DNA of 64,000 nucleotides from Tenericutes bacterium ADurb.Bin239. GTDB taxonomy: Bacteria; Bacillota_I; Bacilli_A; RFN20; CAG-826. The notes under the pieces are model-generated. The model did no database searches and was not told where the DNA came from. It worked only from the letters and a program-made list of their open reading frames with translations. Every line of letters starts with the position of its first letter. Within the stretch, counting starts at the first letter, position 1. Location: positions 65,786-129,785 of the forward strand of contig MWCB01000001.1 of NCBI GenBank assembly GCA_002069815.1. The letters are read 5' to 3'. Below, piece after piece: positions 1 through 9,559 of this stretch. A program made the position numbers and the translations under genes.

Positions 1-38
1 TCCACTTCAGTGAGAAAAAGGTTTCAGTCTATGAATCG

Positions 39-1379
39 ATGATGACAAATTATTATGGGGAAGCACTTGATACCCTAATTGAATTTGTCAATATAAATTC
101 AGTGTATGATGAAAGTACAGTCACTCCACAAACACCTTATGGAAAAGGAGTAGATGAAGCTTTAAAATATATCCAAAAAATAGCCGAAAAAGATGAATAT
201 GACGTTAAAATTATTGATGGACGCGTCGTCGAAGTTTATTTTGGTGAAAAATATAACCCAAACATTGCCATTTTTGCTCACGCTGATGTTGTTCCCGCGA
301 CTGGCGAGTGGGAGAGTCCGCCCTTTGCCGCTGAAGTGCGTGATGGCAAGTTGTATGGGCGCGGGACAAGCGATGATAAGGGACCAGCGATTGCCGCTTA
401 TTATGCCTTGAAGGCACTGCATGATAATAAATTATTAATTGGTTATAGTGTACGGCTGGTGCTCGGTGGCGATGAAGAACGCGGCAGTAGTTGTATGCAA
501 TATTACTTTAAGGAACATAAGGCCCAAGCGCCCGTTTATGGGTTTACGCCTGATGCGGCGTTTCCGCTGATTTATGGCGAAAAAGGAATTACTAATTTTG
601 AAGCGACGAAAAGCGTTGATCTTGATCCCATTGTTTCCATTAAAGGCGGAGCCGCGGCAAATAGTGTGATTGATAAAGTCGAGATTAAACTTGTAAAAGA
701 TGCGGCTTTTATTGACTATTTAAAGGCGCATAATATTAAAAATAGCGTTAAAATGCTAGCAAAAAACATGGAAGTTACGATTTTTGGGAAAAGTGCCCAT
801 GGTAGTACTCCCGAGCAAGGTATAAATGCTGGAGTACTTGCTTTTAAGCATTTAGGTAATTTTTATAATAATCCGTTTCTTAATCATTTAGCGAAAAAGT
901 TTGATAATCCAAACGGTAAAACAATGGATGCTTTTTTATCGACACCGCTGCTTGGTGATTCAACATATAATATTGGCTTATTAAATTATGAAAACGGGAA
1001 ATTAAGTTTTGTTGTTAATTTCCGTTATCCGGAGAATGTTGATGTTGAAACCCACTTACGCAAACTTGAAAGGACCTTAGATGTTGACATAACTATTGGT
1101 CGTTCCGCTAAACCTTTACTTTTTAATCCCAAAAGTGATTTTATCAAAACACTTTTAAAAGCTTATCAAGATGAAACGGGTGATAAGAAAAGTAAACCAT
1201 TAGCAATTGGTGGGGGCACTTATGCTAAAGAATGTCCCAATACGGTTGCTTTTGGTAGTGCTTTTAATGGGAGAAGTGGTAATATCCATTCACCTAATGA
1301 GCATATTTATCTCGCTGACTTTTATGCGCAGATGGCAATTTATGCCCGGGCCATCCATTATTTAGGAAGAAAATTATGA
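39..1379 (+). CDS. pepV: M20-family dipeptidase, PepV-like
   Basis: 446-aa ORF with M20 metal-ligand motifs (FAHADVVPA, GRGTSDDKGP, GGDEERGS) and a lid-domain insert typical of PepV-type dipeptidases. Confidence 0.8.
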   Translation: MMTNYYGEALDTLIEFVNINSVYDESTVTPQTPYGKGVDEALKYIQKIAEKDEYDVKIIDGRVVEVYFGEKYNPNIAIFAHADVVPATGEWESPPFAAEVRDGKLYGRGTSDDKGPAIAAYYALKALHDNKLLIGYSVRLVLGGDEERGSSCMQYYFKEHKAQAPVYGFTPDAAFPLIYGEKGITNFEATKSVDLDPIVSIKGGAAANSVIDKVEIKLVKDAAFIDYLKAHNIKNSVKMLAKNMEVTIFGKSAHGSTPEQGINAGVLAFKHLGNFYNNPFLNHLAKKFDNPNGKTMDAFLSTPLLGDSTYNIGLLNYENGKLSFVVNFRYPENVDVETHLRKLERTLDVDITIGRSAKPLLFNPKSDFIKTLLKAYQDETGDKKSKPLAIGGGTYAKECPNTVAFGSAFNGRSGNIHSPNEHIYLADFYAQMAIYARAIHYLGRKL

Positions 1380-1996
1380 GGGTAAAGTTTAAACCAGGCG
1401 CAAAAGCGTATTTAGATAATTTACATTTTCACACGCATGTGGATGATTTTCAGCTCGATAGATTGAAAAATATTAAAAGTCCATTAGTGTTAGAAATCGG
1501 TTTAGGGAAAGGTGATTACCTTTTAGCGATGGCGAAAGCTTATCCCGATTACTTTTTTATGGGGATTGAACTTAACGCTAGTGTGTTAAGTGTGGCGGCG
1601 CAAAAACTAGCGAATGCTAATCTCGAAAATATTTTAATATTGACGGGTGATGCTAAGTATCTGCTTCCTAAACTTAAAAAGGAGTCACTTTCTTATATAA
1701 TATTAAATCATAGTGATCCATGGCCTAAAAAACGGCACGAAAAGCGAAGATTAACACATCCTTCGCTTATTAAAAAATATTATGATCTTCTCAAACCGGG
1801 TGGTGAATTAATCTTTAAAACGGACAATGATGATTTTGCCGAGTATTCATATGCGACCCTAAAAGAAGCGCCGTTTTCTTCCCTTTTGTTTAATCGTGAT
1901 TATAAAGGGGACGCACCTTTTGATGCTAAAACTGAATACGAAGTTAGATTCCTTTTAAAAGATGTTAAAATTAAAATGATTACCGGAAAGAAATAG
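1376..1996 (+). CDS. trmB: tRNA (guanine46-N7)-methyltransferase
   Basis: 206-aa ORF; ATGA overlap with pepV stop; SAM-binding LEIGLGKGD and TrmB signature NHSDPWPKKRHEKRR. Confidence 0.85.
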   Translation: MRVKFKPGAKAYLDNLHFHTHVDDFQLDRLKNIKSPLVLEIGLGKGDYLLAMAKAYPDYFFMGIELNASVLSVAAQKLANANLENILILTGDAKYLLPKLKKESLSYIILNHSDPWPKKRHEKRRLTHPSLIKKYYDLLKPGGELIFKTDNDDFAEYSYATLKEAPFSSLLFNRDYKGDAPFDAKTEYEVRFLLKDVKIKMITGKK

Positions 1997-2005
1997 GTGG
2001 TATTT

Positions 2006-3076
2006 ATGTTAACAAAACGCGAATTAAAATTATTAGAAAAAGTTACACAAATTGATGCAATTCCGGGAATTGAACACGAACTTGCGAAGTTTGTAAAAGA
2101 AGAACTTAAAAAATACGGGTTCACTCCCGTAACTGATAACCTTGGTTCGATTTTCGGCGTTAAAAAAAGCAAGGAAAAAAAGGCGCCGCGCATTATGGTC
2201 GCTGGGCATTTAGATGAAGTCGGCTTTATGGTTCGTGATATCACCGAAATGGGATTTATCCGCGTTGACGCTCGTGGTGGAATTACTCCTAATACCCTGC
2301 TTTCTAGTCGAGTGCGTCTAACACTTGATGATGGCACGAAAGTTATCGGTAGCGTGGGGGCAACGGCGCCGCATTATGGTGGTGAAAGTGATTTAAAAAT
2401 TGAAAATCTTGATTTTGACTTTGGATTTATAAGCAAAGAAGATGCGCTTAGTAATGGTGTTCGCGTTGGCCAAATGATTGTGGTTGATGGTCCGTTTGAA
2501 GTCTTAAATGGCGGCAAACGTTTATTAGCGAAGGCCTTTGATAATCGCTACGGCGTCTTTATGGCTCTAGAAATGGCGCGCTATTTTGCAAATATTGAGT
2601 TACCTTTTGATTTATATGTGGGCGCTACCGTCCAAGAAGAAGTTGGATTACGCGGGGCTAAGACGATTAGTGCGGTTATTAATCCTGACCTAGCGATTGT
2701 GTTAGATTGCTCGCCCGCGCGCGACAATATTAGTAAGAGTGAGGAAGGCCATCTTGGCGGTGGCATATTAATTCGTTATTTAGATCGTTCGATGATTGCT
2801 TTTCCTGAACTTTTAACCTTCCAAGAAGAGTGCGCCGAAGCCGTTAATGTTCCTTACCAATATTTTTCTAGTCCGGGCGGGACGGATGCTGGTGCTTTTC
2901 ATCTTCACGCTACTGGTGTTTTAGCCTTAACCCACTGTATTTGTGCCCGTTCTCTACATACATCGGCAACGGTGGTGGATACTAGCGATATAAAGAACGC
3001 TAAAAAAGTTTTAATTCGCATGTTAAAGACATTAAATCGCGATAAAATTAATAAGTTCAAAAAGGCGCGGAGGTGA
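2006..3076 (+). CDS. M42-family aminopeptidase (paralog 1)
   Basis: Track start 1997 is GTG; I prefer ATG 2006 with an AGGTGG SD 6 nt upstream. M42 motifs AGHLDEVGF, QEEVGLRGA, GGTDAG. Confidence 0.8.
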   Translation: MLTKRELKLLEKVTQIDAIPGIEHELAKFVKEELKKYGFTPVTDNLGSIFGVKKSKEKKAPRIMVAGHLDEVGFMVRDITEMGFIRVDARGGITPNTLLSSRVRLTLDDGTKVIGSVGATAPHYGGESDLKIENLDFDFGFISKEDALSNGVRVGQMIVVDGPFEVLNGGKRLLAKAFDNRYGVFMALEMARYFANIELPFDLYVGATVQEEVGLRGAKTISAVINPDLAIVLDCSPARDNISKSEEGHLGGGILIRYLDRSMIAFPELLTFQEECAEAVNVPYQYFSSPGGTDAGAFHLHATGVLALTHCICARSLHTSATVVDTSDIKNAKKVLIRMLKTLNRDKINKFKKARR

Positions 3077-3080
3077 TAAA

Positions 3081-4181
3081 ATGCACGAAATTGATAAGAA
3101 GAAGAAAGATCGTAAGTTTCGCTTAACGAATAAAACATTTAAATTTCCCAAAGCAATTGACGACCATTTTTATACCGCTAATTACTTTATTAAAACAATG
3201 AAAATTGCCCAACAATGGTTACCAGAAACAGTGGTAACTATGCAATTTTTTCAACGTCGTAATGATGTGATGGTGTGTGGTGTTGATGAAGCGATTGCGC
3301 TTTTGCAGGAGTTTGCTCAAAATCCGGAAAACTTAAAGATTGAAGCTGTGCATGATGGTGATATTATTAATGCGTATGAACCAGCGCTTAAAATTACGGG
3401 TCGCTATCAAGATTTTGCTTATTTAGAAAGTATTATTGATGGTATTTTGACACGCCGAACAAATGTAGCGACGAATAGTAATGATGTTCTTAAAGCTGCT
3501 TATCCAACCGAAGTATTTTCGATGGCCGATCGTCAAGATGATTACTTAACGCAAGCAGGCGATGGCTACGCTAGTTATATTGCCGGTATTAGAAAGTTTT
3601 CGACTGACGCGCAAGGCTATTTTGTCAATATTAAAGGGATGGGAACTATGCCCCATGCGCTAATTGCGATGACGGGTGGTGACTTAATCAAAGCCTGTGA
3701 ACTATACCATAAGACTTTCCCTAATGAGAAAATAAGTGCTTTAGTTGACTACCATAATGACACGGTGACACAAGCCTTAGAAGTTGCTCGTCATTTTGGT
3801 GATAAATTAGGATCAATTAGACTAGATAACTCAAAGTCATTGCTCGATGAATATTTTGTGCGGAAAGGATTAAATGATCCGCGTCTTAAAGGCGTGAGCG
3901 CTGAACTCGTTTTCGCTGTACGGGCGGCCCTTGATAATGAAGGATTTAAAGACGTTAAAATAGTCGTAAGTTCAGGATTTAATCCGCAAAAAATTAAAGA
4001 ATTTAAAGCGAAAAAAACACCAGTCGATCTTTATGGTGTTGGCTCTTATATTGTTAATACAATGGAAGTTGGTTTTACGGGTGATGTGGTCGCGGTCAAT
4101 GGTAAAGCCGAGGCTAAAGTTGGACGTAAGGAATACTTTAGTGACAAACTTGAAAAAGTAACTCTAAAAAAACGGGCCTAA
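3081..4181 (+). CDS. Nicotinate phosphoribosyltransferase-like type II PRTase (short form)
   Basis: 366-aa ORF with GGAGGTG SD; type II PRTase-like motifs GTMPHALI, IRLDNSKS, VVSSGFN; length resembles the short archaeal/Mollicute NAPRTases. Confidence 0.55.
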   Translation: MHEIDKKKKDRKFRLTNKTFKFPKAIDDHFYTANYFIKTMKIAQQWLPETVVTMQFFQRRNDVMVCGVDEAIALLQEFAQNPENLKIEAVHDGDIINAYEPALKITGRYQDFAYLESIIDGILTRRTNVATNSNDVLKAAYPTEVFSMADRQDDYLTQAGDGYASYIAGIRKFSTDAQGYFVNIKGMGTMPHALIAMTGGDLIKACELYHKTFPNEKISALVDYHNDTVTQALEVARHFGDKLGSIRLDNSKSLLDEYFVRKGLNDPRLKGVSAELVFAVRAALDNEGFKDVKIVVSSGFNPQKIKEFKAKKTPVDLYGVGSYIVNTMEVGFTGDVVAVNGKAEAKVGRKEYFSDKLEKVTLKKRA

Positions 4182-4197
4182 GTAGGAAGCCCTTACA

Positions 4198-4226
4198 TTG
4201 ACATTGAAAATATTTTCATATAAAAT
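4198..4226 (+). promoter_or_regulatory. Sigma-A promoter with embedded 14-bp palindromic operator
   Basis: TTGACA (4198-4203), 17-nt spacer, TAAAAT (4221-4226); the spacer contains the perfect palindrome TGAAAATATTTTCA (4205-4218). Confidence 0.7.
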
Positions 4227-4251
4227 TTACATATGAAGGAAGGCTTTAATT

Positions 4252-5256
4252 ATGAGTGATACATTTAAAGATCGAGTAACAATCTACGAAGTAGCGGCGG
4301 CGGCTGGTGTAAGTTTAGCCACCGTTTCTCGCGTCATTAATAATCACCCAAATGTGACTCCTGCGACTCGGCAAAAAGTCCAAAATGCTATTTCTCGTCT
4401 GGGATATCGACCCAGCGCCTTAGCGCAAGCGTTAGCGACAAGTAAAACGACGAATATTGGTTTAATTATTCCAAGTGCTAATTATGTTTATATTTCCAAT
4501 ATGCTGCATGGTATTGTTATGCGCGCTAATCACTTAGGGTATTTAATTACCTTATTTGTAACGGGCTCGAAAAAAGAAGACGCGCTGCAAGCGATGGATA
4601 AATTGATAACCTCCCACGTTGATGGGGCCATTATTTTTGATGATTTATTTGAAGAGGAAGAAGTTATTCAAATTACAAACTATCAAGTTCCAGTTGTAGT
4701 CGTTAATAACCGACTTGATGAAGACGAAAAAGTCGCGTGTATAACCTTTGGTTACGAAAATACTTTACGTGAAGAAATTATTCGGCAACACTTAAAAAAA
4801 AGTGATGTGATGATGCATTTTGTTGCCCTTCCTAATAATGGTCGTCTTTTAGAAAGATTACAACGCAGTTTTGTTACTACGCATAAAGAAGAAGGACGGG
4901 CCTATAAAATTCATACGGTGAAAGATGGGTATCACGCTCATTATGCTTATTTTAAAGATTTATTTAAAACAACGAAAGAAGGTTTCTTCGTTGCGTATCG
5001 CGATTCCTTAGGTCGGGCGATTGTTAATGCTGCGCTTGAAAATGGCTTACGGGTACCCGAAGACGTTGAAGTTATTAGTCTCATTGGCACGCGTTACGCA
5101 ATTCAAGGCCGCCCCAAACTATCAAGTATGATTCTTGATATGGAAGAAGTGGGCAATAAAGCACTCGAAATGCTGATGAATATATTAGAAGGCAAGACCC
5201 ATTTACCGCGGCAAAAAGTTGTCGCCGAATACGTTAAATTAGATACAACGCGTTAG
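4252..5256 (+). CDS. LacI-family transcriptional regulator, CcpA-like by N-terminus and synteny
   Basis: N-terminal HTH TIYEVAAAAGVSLATVSRVINNHPNV...RLGYRPSALAQALA closely resembles CcpA; periplasmic-binding-fold C-domain; lies next to tyrS/rpsD/ezrA as ccpA does in Bacillus. Confidence 0.8.
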   Translation: MSDTFKDRVTIYEVAAAAGVSLATVSRVINNHPNVTPATRQKVQNAISRLGYRPSALAQALATSKTTNIGLIIPSANYVYISNMLHGIVMRANHLGYLITLFVTGSKKEDALQAMDKLITSHVDGAIIFDDLFEEEEVIQITNYQVPVVVVNNRLDEDEKVACITFGYENTLREEIIRQHLKKSDVMMHFVALPNNGRLLERLQRSFVTTHKEEGRAYKIHTVKDGYHAHYAYFKDLFKTTKEGFFVAYRDSLGRAIVNAALENGLRVPEDVEVISLIGTRYAIQGRPKLSSMILDMEEVGNKALEMLMNILEGKTHLPRQKVVAEYVKLDTTR

Positions 5257-5267
5257 AAAGGATACAT

Positions 5268-6518
5268 ATGAATTTATTTGATGAACTCCAATATCGCGGA
5301 CTAATTAAAGATTATTCCAACGCTGAAAATATTAAAGAAATGCTTAAAACCCCGCAGACGATTTACTGTGGTTTTGATCCAAGTGCCGCAAGTATGCATA
5401 TGGGTAATTTTGTGATGATTGCGACTTTAATGCGATTACAAAAAGCCGGTCATAAAATTATTGCTGTTGTGGGCGGGGCCACCGGAATGATTGGTGATCC
5501 CAGTGGCCGCAGTAGCGAGCGTAATTTACTTGATAAAAAAGCATTAGCGCATAACACGGAACAAATTGGAAATCAATTAAGGAAATATCTTGATTTTACT
5601 GATCCTAAAAAAGGGTTAATTGTTAATAATTATGACTGGTTAAGTAAACTTGATGTTTTAGAATTTTTACGAAGATATGGTAAGTATTTCACCGTTAACT
5701 ATATGTTAGCCAAAGATACGGTTGCGCGGCGTTTAGAAACGGGAATCAGCTTTGCAGAATTTAGTTATATGATTCTTCAAGCTGTGGACTTTTTACATCT
5801 CTATGAGCATTATGGTTGCACTATTCAAATTGGGGGTAGTGACCAGTGGGGCAACTTAGTTAGCGGACTTGACCTTATTCGAAAAGTTAAGGGTCCTGAC
5901 ACTAAAGTTGAAGTCATGACTTCCCACTTATTAACAAACTGTGCGGGCGAAAAGTTTGGGAAGAGTCTGGATGGCGCTCTTTTTCTTGATCCCAAGAAAT
6001 TTAGTCCCTATAAACTTTATCAATACTTTATCAATGTTGGTGATGATGATGCCGAAAAATATTTAAAAGTGTTTACCTTCTTAAGTAAGGAAATGATCGA
6101 AGATATAGTTAGCAAGCATAAAGAAGCTCCGCATAATCGCCTAGCGCAAACTCGTTTAGCCGAAGAAATTTTAACGATTGTCCATAATAAAGAAGCGCTT
6201 AAGCATGCCCAAAATATGAGTAGTGCCCTTTTTAGTGGTCATGTTAAAGATTTAAGCGCTGCCGACATTGAAGATTTATTTAGTCATGCCCTCGTAAAAG
6301 TAGCGGCTAATCAAAAGTTAGAAGATGTTGTTATTGCCGTTAAAGCCGCCAGCAGTAAACGCGAAGCCCGTGAATTTATTCGCGGAAACTCAATCAGTGT
6401 TAATGGTGAGCGTTATACTGATCCTGAATTAATCGTTAACCAAGATTATTTACTTCACCATAAATATTTAATTATTAGGCGCGGAAAGAAAAAATACTTC
6501 GTCGCTGAAGTTAAGTAA
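5268..6518 (+). CDS. tyrS: Tyrosine--tRNA ligase
   Basis: 416 aa; class I HIGH-type (SMHMGN) and KMSKS-type (KFGKS) motifs; C-terminal S4-like domain. Confidence 0.95.
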   Translation: MNLFDELQYRGLIKDYSNAENIKEMLKTPQTIYCGFDPSAASMHMGNFVMIATLMRLQKAGHKIIAVVGGATGMIGDPSGRSSERNLLDKKALAHNTEQIGNQLRKYLDFTDPKKGLIVNNYDWLSKLDVLEFLRRYGKYFTVNYMLAKDTVARRLETGISFAEFSYMILQAVDFLHLYEHYGCTIQIGGSDQWGNLVSGLDLIRKVKGPDTKVEVMTSHLLTNCAGEKFGKSLDGALFLDPKKFSPYKLYQYFINVGDDDAEKYLKVFTFLSKEMIEDIVSKHKEAPHNRLAQTRLAEEILTIVHNKEALKHAQNMSSALFSGHVKDLSAADIEDLFSHALVKVAANQKLEDVVIAVKAASSKREAREFIRGNSISVNGERYTDPELIVNQDYLLHHKYLIIRRGKKKYFVAEVK

Positions 6519-6533
6519 ATTTAATGAAATTAA

Positions 6534-6570
6534 TAAAAAACTCCGCATCATAAGCGGAGTTTTCATTTTG
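6534..6570. terminator. Bidirectional intrinsic terminator between convergent tyrS and rpsD
   Basis: A-tract, stem ACTCCGC / GCGGAGT (loop atcataa), T-tract. Confidence 0.8.
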
Positions 6571-6581
6571 TGCTTTGTTAA

Positions 6582-7190
6582 TTACATTGAACGGTTATAA
6601 TATTCAATAATTAAGTTTTCACTAATGTCTTGGACAACTTCCGTGCGTTCGGGGAAGCGATCAAAGGTCCCACTTAATTTTTCGGCATTAAGGGTTACAA
6701 ATGGAACGGTGCGGGTAACGCCTTCAACATTGAACTTGAAGAGTTTTAAGTCGCGACTGTTTTCGTGCACGCTGATGGTGCTGCCGACGGGGACTAAGAA
6801 GCTTGGAATATCAACTTTTTGCCCATCAACTAAAATATGACCGTGGTTAACAAGTTGACGCGCTTGTCGCCGAGTGTTAGCAAGTCCGAGCCGAAACACT
6901 AAGTTATCAAGGCGTGATTCAAGAATTTGAATAAACGCTAAACCGGTAACGACATCTTTATTCTTTTTCGCTAAAAGGAAAAGTCGTTTAAATTGTCGTT
7001 CATTAACACCATAAGTATGACGTAACTTTTGTTTTTCGGCGATTTGCTTTCCGTATTCACTGACTTTACGACGCCGGTTATTACCATGTTGGCCTGGACC
7101 ATACGGACGTTTTTTAAGTTCTTCACCCGTTTCTAAAATTGAGTAACCGAGACGGCGTGATTTTTTCCAAACGGAACGAGTATCTCGCAT
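6582..7190 (-). CDS. rpsD: 30S ribosomal protein S4
   Basis: Start moved to ATG 7190 ([15 protein letters not shown]...) with a GGAGG SD about 8 nt upstream; S4 N-terminal and S4 RNA-binding domains. Confidence 0.95.
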   Translation of the reverse strand: MRDTRSVWKKSRRLGYSILETGEELKKRPYGPGQHGNNRRRKVSEYGKQIAEKQKLRHTYGVNERQFKRLFLLAKKNKDVVTGLAFIQILESRLDNLVFRLGLANTRRQARQLVNHGHILVDGQKVDIPSFLVPVGSTISVHENSRDLKLFKFNVEGVTRTVPFVTLNAEKLSGTFDRFPERTEVVQDISENLIIEYYNRSM

Positions 7191-7355
7191 ATGTATTTCC
7201 TCCTTTTCTTTACTTGCAGGCAAACAAAAGGTGTAAACTCCACGTTTCTGGATGATGATTTTATTCGGTTCGCCCTGTAGCTTAGGTTACTACGATCAAA
7301 TTACTTGAACCATCATTAGACAAACGGTGTTTACATGCTGCTTACATGCTTTGTT

Positions 7356-7384
7356 ATCATAACTTAATTTCGGTTTTGTGTCAA
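7356..7384 (-). promoter_or_regulatory. rpsD sigma-A promoter
   Basis: Minus strand TTGACA (7384-7379), 17 nt, TATGAT (7361-7356); leaves a leader of about 160 nt before rpsD. Confidence 0.7.
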
Positions 7385-7399
7385 CGTAAAAGTGGTTAA

Positions 7400-7423
7400 A
7401 CTCCTTAATGAGGAGTGTTTTTT
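7400..7423 (-). terminator. Hairpin after the feo operon (weak on minus strand)
   Basis: Stem ACTCCT/AGGAGT with loop taatg. The T-tract is strong on the plus strand (GTTTTTT) but only TTT on the minus strand. Confidence 0.4.
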
Positions 7424-7592
7424 ATTCTTTCGGGTCTTTTTCTTTAGTTACATGGCAAAAAGTTTCACAATTTTTAGCGTAAGAACAAACGCTACATGCT
7501 TTGCGCTGACGATTAGTGAACACTAAATATGTTATGATACCCGCTACTAGTAAAATGACGACGATTAAGATAATAATATCGGCTATACTCAT
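7422..7592 (-). CDS. FeoB-associated Cys-rich small membrane protein (not in ORF track)
   Basis: 56-aa ORF MSIADIIILIVVILLVAGIITYLVFTNRQRKACSVCSYAKNCETFCHVTKEKDPKE; its ATG overlaps the feoB TGA (ATGA); one TM helix followed by a 4-Cys tail. Confidence 0.7.
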   Translation of the reverse strand: MSIADIIILIVVILLVAGIITYLVFTNRQRKACSVCSYAKNCETFCHVTKEKDPKE

Positions 7593-9559
7593 AATAACCC
7601 CTCCACGAGTGTACCTAGTTGATAAATTACCGTAGCAATCGCAAAGGCGGCTAAGGTTTGCACAAGCAAAGCTTTTATCATCTTACGGCGACTACCAAAT
7701 TCTTGATACATAGCCCCAATCGCCCCAAAACAAGGCGCGCTAAATAAATTAAAGGCCATAAAGGCATAAGCCGACACTGGGGTAAAGAAAGTAAAGAAGG
7801 GGCTTGCAAAGATAGAGTTGCTACCACTTAAACTAGCGATAATTGACATTGATGAAACAACTTGTTCTTTAGCCACTAACCCTTGAATCACACTTACGGC
7901 GGCGGCCCAATTATTAGTACCAAGAAACGGATAAAAAAGGAAGGAAAATAAGCGACCTATATCACTTAAAATACTTTTTTCAATAGGAATACCATATTGT
8001 AACTTCCAGTTAAAACTTAATAGGAGCCATAAGATAATTGAAGCAAATAAGATAATCGAACCCGCGTTAGTAATAAAAGACCAAGTCTTACGTCCCGTAT
8101 CGCGTAAAACATAACGCATATTTGGAGTTTTATAAGTTGGTAATTCTTGAATAAAAGGTGAATATTTTCCTTTATATATAAGTCGCTTCATAATTAAAGC
8201 GGTAAACAAAATAATAATAATGGCAAGGAAATATAACGAAGCACTAACAAGTCCCATTGTATCAGGGAAGAAGTGGGCGGCAAAAAGAGTAATAATCGGT
8301 AATTTAGCGCCGCATGGAATAAAAGGAGTGAGTAAAACGGTAAGTTTCTTTTCGCGTTCATCCTCAATAACTCGACTTGCCATAATCGCTGGGACACTGC
8401 ATCCCGTTCCAATAATAAAAGGAATAAGGGCTTTACCCGAAAGACCGACTTTCCGGAAAATACGGTCAAAGAAAAAGGCAATACGGGACATATAACCGCT
8501 GGCCTCTAATATATCAATCATAAAAAATAGAATGAGTAATTGGGGAACGAAACTAAGAATTGAAGTAACACCCGCTAAAATGCCATCAACAACTAAACTT
8601 ACCGCCCACGGCGAAGCCCCAACGTTTTCAAGAAAAGTAGCGAGACTCGCATTTAACGCATCAAAACCTTGTTCAACTAAACTAGATAAGAACATCCCAA
8701 CGGGTCCTGCGGCTAAAAAATATACAAGTAGCATAATGACTATAAAGATGGGAATTGCTAGGTATTTATTGAGTAAAATACGATCAATTTTATCAGTTAA
8801 AAGTTTAGGATTTTCCCGGCTAGAAACAGCCTCATCTCGTATTTTTTCAATAAAATTATAACGTTCATTGGCAAAGACTTCGTTGATACCAACTTTATAA
8901 CTGGTATTTAAGTCTTCGATGTATTGCGTAAGATTTAAATCAATTCGCGCTGATAATTCAGAATCTTTTTCTAATAATTTAATGGCTACGAATTTTTTGG
9001 CTTCAATTGGTAATAATTCAGCAATTGTATCAATTGTTTTTTGAAGTGGGTTACTATAAATTACGGGAAAATTCACATCGGTGGGCGGATTCTTGGTCAG
9101 TAGCATTATCAAGTCCTTTATGCCCGTTCTCTTAAGACATGAAATCGGAATAATCGGAACATTTAGTAATTCACTCAGTTTATCAACATTAATGCGAATT
9201 CCTTGTTCAAATACTAAATCCGTCATATTTAACGCAATAACCATTGGAATCTTAAAGTCATAGAGTTGGGTCGTTAAATATAAACTTCGTTCTAAGGCAG
9301 TACTATCGATAATATTAACAATTAGGTCCACTCGTTCATCAAGGAGAAAACGCCGTACAATGTTTTCCTCGTTACTATATGGTGAAAGACTATAAATGCC
9401 GGGTAAGTCAATGATTTCCGCCGTGGAAGTACGAAGGATTCCCGTTTTTCGCTCTAATGTTACCCCGGGCCAATTACCAACTTTTTGATTGTTCCCCGTT
9501 AATAAATTGAAAAGCGACGTTTTCCCACTATTTTGGTTACCGATTAACACGATTCTCAT
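7589..9559 (-). CDS. feoB: Ferrous iron transporter FeoB
   Basis: 656 aa; N-terminal G domain (GNQNSGKTSLFN, DLPG, NMTD) followed by a polytopic membrane domain; TGA stop. Confidence 0.95.
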   Translation of the reverse strand: MRIVLIGNQNSGKTSLFNLLTGNNQKVGNWPGVTLERKTGILRTSTAEIIDLPGIYSLSPYSNEENIVRRFLLDERVDLIVNIIDSTALERSLYLTTQLYDFKIPMVIALNMTDLVFEQGIRINVDKLSELLNVPIIPISCLKRTGIKDLIMLLTKNPPTDVNFPVIYSNPLQKTIDTIAELLPIEAKKFVAIKLLEKDSELSARIDLNLTQYIEDLNTSYKVGINEVFANERYNFIEKIRDEAVSSRENPKLLTDKIDRILLNKYLAIPIFIVIMLLVYFLAAGPVGMFLSSLVEQGFDALNASLATFLENVGASPWAVSLVVDGILAGVTSILSFVPQLLILFFMIDILEASGYMSRIAFFFDRIFRKVGLSGKALIPFIIGTGCSVPAIMASRVIEDEREKKLTVLLTPFIPCGAKLPIITLFAAHFFPDTMGLVSASLYFLAIIIILFTALIMKRLIYKGKYSPFIQELPTYKTPNMRYVLRDTGRKTWSFITNAGSIILFASIILWLLLSFNWKLQYGIPIEKSILSDIGRLFSFLFYPFLGTNNWAAAVSVIQGLVAKEQVVSSMSIIASLSGSNSIFASPFFTFFTPVSAYAFMAFNLFSAPCFGAIGAMYQEFGSRRKMIKALLVQTLAAFAIATVIYQLGTLVEGLL

